Part shown: positions 45,395-53,501 of the stretch, one piece after another
Numbering within the stretch: the first letter of the stretch is position 1
Layout of the letters: each line of letters opens with the position of its first letter
From: a virus
Length of the DNA stretch: 64,000 nucleotides
Reading direction: 5' to 3' (one strand)
IMG/VR virus record: IMGVR_UViG_3300048837_000984
Location: 129,695-193,694 of that record
Notes under the pieces: model-generated
The model's input: the letters and a program-made list of their open reading frames with translations, nothing else
What the model was told of the DNA's origin: nothing
Database searches by the model: none
Program-made: the position numbers and the translations under genes

Positions 45395-47223
45395 TAGTTG
45401 TCTCCGGGATTGATATGGGCCTGTCGGCCCTGTCGTTGGCTCGTGAACTGTGGCTTAGCCAAGCTCACTGGGGTAGCGTTGTTCTGACAGAAGTCCATGA
45501 TAGCCTGGACACTCTTTGCTGCCAGCTTGTAAACAGGCGAAATAGTTTTGTGGGCCTGCAGGACGTCATCCAGGGTAGGCTGCAGTTCTCGCCGCTGTAC
45601 GAAGGCTCTGCGCACGGACATGATGCAGATCTGTTCCAGCTCCGCACCAGTGAACTGGTTCGTACTGTCTACAATGACCTTCTTGTCTGCCGCCTTGAAA
45701 GTCGAAAAGCTTGCGCCGTTCTTCTTCATGTGGATGGTCAGAATCTCTTCCCGTTCCTGTGCAGATGGGAAGTCCGTGTAGAACGTTGCGTCGAGCCGAC
45801 CGGTTCGGATTGACTCGACAGGTACTACCATCTTGCCAGTCACTGGGTCGGCCAGCTTGTTCATGGTCATGATAACGAACGCATCGCTATTCTCGTTCGC
45901 CATCCAGGACAGGAGTCGACCGAAGACCCGAAGGCTGACGCCACTGTCTCCGCTACCCTCGTCAATGCCGCCGAAAGCCTTGTCTGCCTCGTCGATCAGG
46001 ACCACGCATGGACCTTGCGACTTGATGCGCTTCAAGGCCAGGCGCTGCCTCGTCTCGGACTCACCGACGATCCCGGCGAATACGCTGGAGAAGTCGTATT
46101 TGATGAGGGGTATCCGCATCGCCTTGGCTGTCGCCATGGCGACTGTACTTTTCCCAGTCCCGGCGATCCCCAGCAGGAGAACGCCCTTGGGCTTGCGTAG
46201 ACCGACCTTGGCCGCTTCCTCGGAGTAGCAGACCTTGCACTCCTCTACAAAATTGAGATAGTTCCTGTAGCCGCCGATATCCTGCATGGAGGCGATGCTC
46301 TCAGCGTCGATATATTCCAGAACATCGTCGTTCTTGAACGTAGCGGCCTTTTGGCGGTTGATAGTCGTTACCGCCTCAGGTGGAAAGCCGCGGTGACGGA
46401 CACCGCACAGGTAAAGAGCGTTGTTGGCTTCCGTACTGGTTAAGCCTCGAAGAGCTCGAACGATCTCGTATTTGGTGGCCTCGTCTGGTGGCTCGATGTT
46501 TCCGACAAACCCGTTTGAGGTCAGGACTTCTTCGAGCTCCTTACGAAGCTGCGCCTCGGAAGGGTTCTCGAACTCCAAGCTGGCACAACAGTGCTTGATG
46601 TCCCCTGGAATACTCCACTCTGGCTGCATCAGCACGATTGGCCGCTTGAAAGAGGACGACACCAGAAGGTTGTTCTCGAACAGGTACCGAATCACTCGCT
46701 GGCACCGGGGATCCACGTCAGCCACATATCGGTGAATATCGTGGAACACGAAGATGCACCGCTTCGGGAACCGGGACGGGTCTGTGTCGATTGTCGACAG
46801 CAGCGCCTCGTAGGGATCCCCGACACAGGCGCCCTTCTCCAGGCCGGCAAAGCCACTTACGACGTCATAGGTTACGACCGAGTATCCGAAGGCTGACAGC
46901 AGATTCTCGATGCTGGAAACAAGATCCCGATACTTTGGCTGGTCGATAGAAGCTGCCCGGTCCAGGATCTTGATCATTAGAGGCGCGTCAACGGTCAAGA
47001 CTGAGCCGGAAAACATTTCCTCGGCGGACTCGTCTAGCGATACCAGGCTAGCCTTAAACTCGCTGATGTCGATGTTGGCTGGCGTAAGGTCGACGGTCTT
47101 CTTGTTAGCGAGAAGCCAACCAGAGCGGCGGATCTCGTCCACCGCTCTGGTCTCTTCGGTTGTGTTGATATTGAGGATTGCGTAGCCGGCTTTGACGTGT
47201 TCAGTGAAATTCTGAATGAACAT
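45394..47223 (-). CDS. Ycf46-like AAA+ ATPase
   Basis: Degenerate N-terminal AAA domain (TTEETR, FHDIH), then KGVLLLGIAGTGKS, IDEADK, IRTGRLD. Confidence 0.9.
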   Translation of the reverse strand: MFIQNFTEHVKAGYAILNINTTEETRAVDEIRRSGWLLANKKTVDLTPANIDISEFKASLVSLDESAEEMFSGSVLTVDAPLMIKILDRAASIDQPKYRDLVSSIENLLSAFGYSVVTYDVVSGFAGLEKGACVGDPYEALLSTIDTDPSRFPKRCIFVFHDIHRYVADVDPRCQRVIRYLFENNLLVSSSFKRPIVLMQPEWSIPGDIKHCCASLEFENPSEAQLRKELEEVLTSNGFVGNIEPPDEATKYEIVRALRGLTSTEANNALYLCGVRHRGFPPEAVTTINRQKAATFKNDDVLEYIDAESIASMQDIGGYRNYLNFVEECKVCYSEEAAKVGLRKPKGVLLLGIAGTGKSTVAMATAKAMRIPLIKYDFSSVFAGIVGESETRQRLALKRIKSQGPCVVLIDEADKAFGGIDEGSGDSGVSLRVFGRLLSWMANENSDAFVIMTMNKLADPVTGKMVVPVESIRTGRLDATFYTDFPSAQEREEILTIHMKKNGASFSTFKAADKKVIVDSTNQFTGAELEQICIMSVRRAFVQRRELQPTLDDVLQAHKTISPVYKLAAKSVQAIMDFCQNNATPVSLAKPQFTSQRQGRQAHINPGDN

Positions 47224-47225
47224 TC

Positions 47226-47921
47226 TTACCCCAGTCCCACCTCTTGCGCGTCCTTCAGCTTCTGTAAAGCCCCGGACACAAACCGTTTCATCGATTCTGT
47301 GTTGGCGTTCTTCAACCCAGCCTTCGACAGCTGGTTGACCAGAGCGAGCATTCGCCCGGTCACGATGGCGTTGATTGTTTCGGTTTTCGAAGTCTCCATG
47401 TCGAACATCGCGTTGAACATGACCGGATCGTCGGAGAAGTCGTACTGGACCCGGTCGACAAGCTTGTTGTCCCGAGTAGCGATCCGCAACACATCCGGAG
47501 GCGTGATGATACCCTCAGCGTCCAGGACCTTACCCATAAACGCTGTAATCTCTTCGTTAAACGGGTTTTCTGTTTCCGGCGGAGACAGGAGAAGCGCTTC
47601 GGTCACTCCCCAGGCGATATCGTCGGAGTCTGGTAGAGCCAGAATGTCGCTAGGAACGCTGTTGCCGGAGAGGATAACGCATAGCCTGGCAAAGTCGACT
47701 ACGCTCAGGAAGAAGCTGTTTGTAGTCAGGATGGCGATTGCCGCCATCAGACGCTCGAAGTTCTCTCGCGGAATCTCCAGACCGTTGTCTTCCTCGATTT
47801 GGATTTCAATGGCCAGAGGCTCCCAGGACAGCGCTTCACTGCCGTAGGCGTCCAGGAACATCGCGACCAGAGTGGTCGCGAACATGCTAGGATCTTTCCA
47901 GAGCTGATTTCCTTTGAACAT
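47226..47921 (-). CDS. Hypothetical protein
   Basis: 231-aa acidic ORF. Confidence 0.75.
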   Translation of the reverse strand: MFKGNQLWKDPSMFATTLVAMFLDAYGSEALSWEPLAIEIQIEEDNGLEIPRENFERLMAAIAILTTNSFFLSVVDFARLCVILSGNSVPSDILALPDSDDIAWGVTEALLLSPPETENPFNEEITAFMGKVLDAEGIITPPDVLRIATRDNKLVDRVQYDFSDDPVMFNAMFDMETSKTETINAIVTGRMLALVNQLSKAGLKNANTESMKRFVSGALQKLKDAQEVGLG

Positions 47922-48366
47922 CGGCGCTTTCCTTCCGTCGTTGCAGGGAGTCGAGCTTGCGTTTGGCCTGCAAAGCCAGTGCGCCGATATTATAAGTGAT
48001 TACTTCGACAGGGGCTTCGTTCAAAGTTGGCCGGTGATCCCCGCTTGCCAGACAGAGAAAGCCGTCCCGACCGGACAGAACGGCATAACTGCGATCAAGG
48101 ATGGCCAGTTGCATTATCACTGTTTCTTTGTCCGGCTGGAACTCGCAGCCGAACTTGACCAGATCGTCGACATAATTATTAAGTAGCAGGTCGACGGCTT
48201 CGGGAGAGATAGGCGACGACGAGGACAGCAAAGCAGCAAGCCAGACGAAGATAGACTCCCCAAAGCCCAGAGCCTCTTCATCCGTTCTCTTTAGCTGTCG
48301 CCACAGCTTTCGGATTGCTAGTGGAGACAGCTTCGGAAATAACTTTGCTGCCTCGTCGCGGGTCAT
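47887..48366 (-). CDS. Hypothetical protein
   Basis: 159-aa ORF with coupled junctions. Confidence 0.7.
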   Translation of the reverse strand: MTRDEAAKLFPKLSPLAIRKLWRQLKRTDEEALGFGESIFVWLAALLSSSSPISPEAVDLLLNNYVDDLVKFGCEFQPDKETVIMQLAILDRSYAVLSGRDGFLCLASGDHRPTLNEAPVEVITYNIGALALQAKRKLDSLQRRKESADVQRKSALERS

Positions 48367-48677
48367 ATCGCACCAAGACCAGAGTTCATCTCGTAAGTAC
48401 AGTGCCAGCCGGCTGTCTTCTCGTGACCGCGGAGAAGGTCAGCTGTGGTTTGACCGGCCTCGTTAACCGGAGTTGGCGTCCGATCCAGGCCGAAGCCACG
48501 AACAGCGAAGCCGTTCTTGATGGCTTCTTCCTGTGCCTTAGCTCTCGCCGCCTTGGACAGAAGACTTTCTCGGTTACGCGCCTTGAGGACCACGACAGCA
48601 TTGCAGGTGTCGACTCGCTTGAACGAGACCACCTCGAACTCGCTAGTATCTGCCGCCTTGTTGAAGTCGATCGACAT
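48363..48677 (-). CDS. Hypothetical protein (104 aa from MSIDFNK)
   Basis: GGTGGTG RBS-like sequence before ATG at 48677; the longer 48845 start would run through structured RNA. Confidence 0.65.
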   Translation of the reverse strand: MSIDFNKAADTSEFEVVSFKRVDTCNAVVVLKARNRESLLSKAARAKAQEEAIKNGFAVRGFGLDRTPTPVNEAGQTTADLLRGHEKTAGWHCTYEMNSGLGAI

Positions 48678-48699
48678 TTCACCACCCATAGTTAAAGAT

Positions 48700-49492
48700 A
48701 AGGGCCGGAAAGGCTTAATATCTAAAATACCAACCCCACTACCGCACGTCAGTAGAAAAGATAGAGAGCTACGTATGTAGCACTCCACCCAATCGACTGA
48801 CTGTGCGGTAGTGAGGTTGTGATGTATTTGCCCTTTTCCGGTCATCCGGTTGGCGGGCTGCCTGTCCTTTTGTACGGTAGACTAACCGCCAGGGATTATC
48901 TGTTAACCCTGGATCTTGTCCGGTCTATCCGGACTACGCGGGTCCAGTGCGGGGCCGCTACCCCTTCGCACCGCTGGCAGGCAAGATACATCCTCCACAA
49001 GCTGCCAGTCCTGTGGAGACTTGAGTGTCGGGCAGCATCGGGTTGCTAGGCCGATGCTGCACTCTCGCAACCTTAGTGGCAATAAGGCCTGCCGAGCCGG
49101 CTTTTTCTCTGGGAGCCACCCAGGCGGTTAAGCTTTACCGCAGCTGTCTTTACAGGGTCCCCCCTGGCCGTAAAGACAGAAACCGAGAACTTTTAACGCA
49201 GTTACTATGCGGACTGTTACGGAAGTTCTACCGGAGCTCTGTCACCCAGACAGAGATGGCCGTGTTTTCTGGAACACGGAAAGAGACGCAGGCCAGCGCT
49301 GCGTCGCGCTTCCGGGTCGGTCGAGCGCGAACTCGACCGACCCGGTAATTAGCTGTTGCCAGCTATTTTCAGGTGACGACTGGAAACGATCCAGCCGCCA
49401 CCCGGTCCCCCGGACACGCGTTGACACGCTCTCAGGTCTGGGAGTCAGAAACCTAAGGGCGTATCACCTTTAATTGACGCGTTTTTGGTGAG
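48700..49492 (-). ncRNA. Candidate large structured non-coding RNA (~800 nt)
   Basis: No credible ORF; roughly 20 consecutive helices including 14-bp (49312-49345), 13-bp (49372-49402) and 17-bp (48731-48819) stems, three clear GNRA loops, minus-strand G-U wobbles and a pseudoknot. Confidence 0.8.
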
Positions 49493-49495
49493 TTT

Positions 49496-49756
49496 TTAGG
49501 TGAGTGTGACGTCTCGGCCGTTTGGTAAAAATACGCGGATGGCCTCGACCTTGAGAAGAGTCTTGAGCGTCTGGATTCCTTCGGTGGTGAGAGCTGCTGT
49601 GGCTGACTTGATGAAGTCGTAGTCGGGTGCAATGGTTATCTTGCCGCAGCAGCCCGACTTCTTTATCGTCTTTCCGAAGAAAGGGAAGACCTTCCGGACC
49701 TCCCGCTTCTTGGCTAGAGACTTGATAGCCTGGTTATCCAGGAAGAGGCTTCGCAT
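49496..49756 (-). CDS. Small basic hypothetical protein
   Basis: 86 aa, contains SGCCG. Confidence 0.7.
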   Translation of the reverse strand: MRSLFLDNQAIKSLAKKREVRKVFPFFGKTIKKSGCCGKITIAPDYDFIKSATAALTTEGIQTLKTLLKVEAIRVFLPNGRDVTLT

Positions 49757-49759
49757 GAC

Positions 49760-50158
49760 TTACTGACCCGCTGTGTATATCTCTGGCGGACTCAGCCGGT
49801 CAGAGATGTTGAGTGTCTCAATGAGCTGATCGACGTCAGCCTTGATTGCCGACCAACCCTCGTCAGCGTCAGCCAAGGTCTCGTAGAACAATGAAACACT
49901 ATCAGTCCGATAGTAGATGCCGACCGTTGAGTCATAGCTGGTTGGGAGTGTATTCATCTCGACCGGCGTGCATATTCCTTCGTAAATGACTTCTATGTCT
50001 TCAGCGTCGTCGCTAAGTGTCAGGACACGTACACGGAAGACCCGGTCATCGATGTTATTGCCATCCGACGCGGAAACAACCAGACGGTAACCAGTTACTG
50101 AGGTACTGGTGTCTGGGACCGTACTGGATCGGGTGAGCTTCAGAGTTCGACTAGCCAT
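49760..50158 (-). CDS. Hypothetical (probable virion) protein
   Basis: 132-aa beta-rich ORF in the tail region. Confidence 0.7.
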   Translation of the reverse strand: MASRTLKLTRSSTVPDTSTSVTGYRLVVSASDGNNIDDRVFRVRVLTLSDDAEDIEVIYEGICTPVEMNTLPTSYDSTVGIYYRTDSVSLFYETLADADEGWSAIKADVDQLIETLNISDRLSPPEIYTAGQ

Positions 50159-50212
50159 GCATGCCTCAAGAAGTTTTGGTACCCATCGGGGCTTATGGGC
50201 GCCTGGTTGCGA

Positions 50213-50734
50213 TTACCCGTCAAGCCAGTCATCGTCCCATTCAGCGAACGGATTTTCCATCATCACCGGGTTAGGGTCTAATAGTTCGGCCGTCTCGATC
50301 TCTTCTATCACAGCTTGCACAGCCTCTTCCCATGTCCGGTTGCGGAGCCGTGGTGGAGTCGGCATCCCCGCAGCCTGGAGCGAGTCGGCCACCTGATTGC
50401 ACCACGCCCGCGTTTCCACCAGCGACTTGTAAAGCACGCGAATAACCACTTTGAGACGTTCGGATTGCGTGTCAGTTGCTGCGAGTGATTCCACGAGCCG
50501 CTCGCGTTTGATCTGCGTCGGCGTCCGCGTGTCAACGTGGTCCGCGATCACTCTTGTCGCGACACCTGGATCGGTTCCGTCAGGCAGACGGAAGATTAGA
50601 CGATCTTGTCCCGCGTAGATCGGCTTCAGTTCGCCTGGAAACTGTGGAACACCAGCTGCGATCAACTCTGTCTTGAGTCGACCGAAGTGCAGTTGCTTCA
50701 GAGGAACGTTTACCTCGATCACGCTACACCTCAT
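50213..50734 (-). CDS. Hypothetical tail-fibre-associated protein
   Basis: ATGA overlap with the tail fibre stop. Confidence 0.65.
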   Translation of the reverse strand: MRCSVIEVNVPLKQLHFGRLKTELIAAGVPQFPGELKPIYAGQDRLIFRLPDGTDPGVATRVIADHVDTRTPTQIKRERLVESLAATDTQSERLKVVIRVLYKSLVETRAWCNQVADSLQAAGMPTPPRLRNRTWEEAVQAVIEEIETAELLDPNPVMMENPFAEWDDDWLDG

Positions 50735-52650
50735 GTCTTGATGATGAAGTAGACCGCAGCCCATGGTTGCATATTGTTGTGGGCTGCCCCGCCACCCGTT
50801 GACGAAGACGTTACGAATGCTCCAGGAGGATCCGTACCGAAGTTGAGCTGAGGATAAGCAACGCCACCGCTGTCGCCGTCGTAGAAGACGTTGTGGGTGT
50901 GGGCGGGCATTTCACTCTCGACCAGGGTGTGGGTCTCGCTGCCGCCGGTCTGACCCAGTGTGCGTGCGGTCAAGCCTGAGCCGGTACCCACACCGATGGG
51001 GGCGCGGCCTTGCAGGTCTGGGACGTTGAAGGTGGTGGAGCCATTGCCAGCTCCCCAGGTGGTACCAACGACAGCAAAGAGATCAGCGTAAGTAGTTCGA
51101 GATACAGCAGAACCGTCACACAAAAGCCACCCTGACGGAATGCTTCCCAACGTGCCGCCAAACATCTGAATGGATCCTGCCGGTATAGCGCGAGCCCATT
51201 CGGGAGCACTGCCAGTTCCTCTTGTCGTCAAAACATATCCGTTAGTTCCCGCCGCAAGCCTTGTCCAGTCCGACGCCCCGCGATAAAGGATGTCACACGT
51301 TGCAACCGAACCAACCATATCCAGAACTTGAGTCAGCGTACACTCTTCAACATCACCGGCGCCGGCTGTTCTACGTCCCAGGACACGCGACGTAGTTGAG
51401 ACGTTTTGCATTTTGGCGTAGGTCACCGCGTCGTTATCGATTGTCCAAACTGTCCCGCCACTGCTAACTGTGATGTCACCCTTGTCACCGTCACTTACAC
51501 TTACGCTAGATATAGCGTCGAGCGTTCCACCTATGAAAGTCAATCCAGAGCCTATAGTAACTGCACTCCACGTGTCAGCACCTGAGCGGTAGTAGATCGT
51601 GTCTGTCCCGCTTAGAGCCTCCAGAGCGGCTAGATCGTTAGCGAGTGCCAGCGTCATGTTGCCGGATGTCGTGACCGGAGATCCGCTGACTGAAATGCCT
51701 GCCGCAGGAGCGGTGATGCCGACGCTGGTAACGGTGCCAGATCCGCCGGTAGCCGTAAGCGTTCCGCTGCTAAACGATAATCCCGTGCCAACGGTAACCG
51801 CTGTCCATGTGCTGTCCGCAGATCGATAGTAGATCGTGTTTGTTCCAGTCAACCCCTCCAGAGCGGCAAGGTCGTCAGCTAGAGCAAAGGTCCACACACC
51901 AGAGCTGGTGACTGGGTTTGTTCCGGATATGGTTAGACCGGCGCCGGGCTCTATATAACCGATACTCGTTACTGTGCCAGATCCGCCACCTCCGCCGCCG
52001 GCCGTAACCGCTTCAAGGATGTTGTTGATCTTCAGGTAGAAAGTAGCTTGCCCTTGCGTAGCAGCGTCTAGATCGTCGCCACTGGAGGTTGCTCTGACCT
52101 CAAGATCAACCGCAGAGCCGTAGCTAAAGATGTAAGCGTAAGGCGAATTGTAGTTGTAAGTGACGCCATCACTAGGCGCAGAGTTTACTTGTCTGGTGTT
52201 GCCCCAGGCGTTACCGTTGATGTATAGCTCAAGTTCGTAGTAGCTGATTGATCCGCCACTGAACGACTGCGTATGGTGAATCGCCATGGCTTCGACGAAG
52301 CCACCCGGGGCCAGGTCATCTATCTTGAAAAAGCTCTCTACGCCAGCTGTAGCGAAGTCTGCGTAGTCAACGTCGTACTTGACCCACTGAACTCCACCAG
52401 TCTGGGTACCGTCTGGCGACGTAAAGTTAACCAGGACTGTTCCAGACACTGGCTCAGATATGGAAAAACCGTCGTCCTGGTCGAACTGGATCTTGGCGAC
52501 GGACGTGTAGGACGGTGTCCCATCCTTCTCTTCAACCGTCAACGCAGTTCCGCTAGAGGCTGGGTCATAGGTCGTCGGACACGCCCCCACAACGCTCAGT
52601 TCAGGCGGGTCGACGGTTGCAACGACCATGTTGGTGCAGGTTTTGGCCAC
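50731..52650 (-). CDS. Tail fibre protein with C-terminal tail-collar domain
   Basis: G/S/T-rich repeats; IPAGSIQMFGG..IPSGWLLCDGSAVSRTTYADLFAVVGTTWGAGNGSTTFNVPDLQGR. Confidence 0.9.
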   Translation of the reverse strand: MAKTCTNMVVATVDPPELSVVGACPTTYDPASSGTALTVEEKDGTPSYTSVAKIQFDQDDGFSISEPVSGTVLVNFTSPDGTQTGGVQWVKYDVDYADFATAGVESFFKIDDLAPGGFVEAMAIHHTQSFSGGSISYYELELYINGNAWGNTRQVNSAPSDGVTYNYNSPYAYIFSYGSAVDLEVRATSSGDDLDAATQGQATFYLKINNILEAVTAGGGGGGSGTVTSIGYIEPGAGLTISGTNPVTSSGVWTFALADDLAALEGLTGTNTIYYRSADSTWTAVTVGTGLSFSSGTLTATGGSGTVTSVGITAPAAGISVSGSPVTTSGNMTLALANDLAALEALSGTDTIYYRSGADTWSAVTIGSGLTFIGGTLDAISSVSVSDGDKGDITVSSGGTVWTIDNDAVTYAKMQNVSTTSRVLGRRTAGAGDVEECTLTQVLDMVGSVATCDILYRGASDWTRLAAGTNGYVLTTRGTGSAPEWARAIPAGSIQMFGGTLGSIPSGWLLCDGSAVSRTTYADLFAVVGTTWGAGNGSTTFNVPDLQGRAPIGVGTGSGLTARTLGQTGGSETHTLVESEMPAHTHNVFYDGDSGGVAYPQLNFGTDPPGAFVTSSSTGGGAAHNNMQPWAAVYFIIKT

Positions 52651-52652
52651 TG

Positions 52653-53486
52653 TTATCCCTCATCTGGCAGTACGGACAACTTGGCCGAGTAAGTCGTTGC
52701 GTTTCCTGGCGACTGCGACCGGACCTTGACAACGTAAGACACGTAAGGTGGCCGAGCTGTGTCAACGTTAGCGGATGGGTCTAGCTTGTAACTGGCGCCG
52801 AAAGCGACGTTGTTCTCCTGGTTGGCGCTGGTACCGAAGGCGTCGGTTACTTCTTCCCGAACAGTCAGGCCGTTGGCGCCACCGGTATTCTTAACCGTGC
52901 CAACTCCAATTACTCCGTTAGTAATCGACTGCGTGAATACGGTAACATCGCTGTCTGTGCTAGTGCCTGAGCCAGAAGACAACGCCGTCCCACGATACTC
53001 TCTCGTTTGTGGGCAAACCCAGATCTTGTTCGATGGTCCAGCAAACAGGACCATAATGGCAATCGCTGGCTTGGTATCAACAACCTCGCCGGCGTCAGCG
53101 TTGGACAGCCAGTAAGGCCCGTAAACGAGAGCACCGCCCAGGGCGTTACTGATGTCTAGTTCGACAGCGCCGGCCAGCAATATGTCCCCGAGCGTGCTGT
53201 TCGTCTTGGAATAACAGATACCTACCACCCGCTCTTTGGCTGTACCATCCGCCAGGGCCTGCTCGTAGCGGCTGTTAGAGGTGTTGTAGTAGACCGGCTG
53301 CCCTACCAGAACTGTGGATTCCAGTGTAGCGCTTCTATCGAAGATAGCCTGGCTGGCTGCCGTGTCGTCCAGAACCGTCTTCAGGAACTGGATGTTTTCC
53401 TGGAGCTGATTGATGGGTCGGTTGGTGATGCTGGCGTTAACGGCTTCGCCGTCGGCAATCACGTCGATAACGTCCCTGTAAGCCAC
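52653..53486 (-). CDS. Tail/baseplate-associated structural protein
   Basis: Beta-rich; located between baseplate and fibre genes. Confidence 0.6.
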   Translation of the reverse strand: MAYRDVIDVIADGEAVNASITNRPINQLQENIQFLKTVLDDTAASQAIFDRSATLESTVLVGQPVYYNTSNSRYEQALADGTAKERVVGICYSKTNSTLGDILLAGAVELDISNALGGALVYGPYWLSNADAGEVVDTKPAIAIMVLFAGPSNKIWVCPQTREYRGTALSSGSGTSTDSDVTVFTQSITNGVIGVGTVKNTGGANGLTVREEVTDAFGTSANQENNVAFGASYKLDPSANVDTARPPYVSYVVKVRSQSPGNATTYSAKLSVLPDEG

Positions 53487-53501
53487 ACCGCACCTCCAGG
53501 A

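Noticed and set aside
48819-49473. Short ORFs on both strands (48819, 48916, 49025, 49207, 49242)
   Set aside because: They lack convincing RBSs or protein motifs and overlap each other; the dense base-pairing explains the interval better.
48700-49492. tmRNA, RNase P, or group I/II intron identity for the structured region
   Set aside because: There are no tRNA-like ends or tag ORF, no GGAAAGUCC, and no domain V. There are only partial resemblances (GACUG/UAGUC, AGAAAAAGCCGGCU), and no interrupted gene is evident. This cannot be excluded without Infernal.
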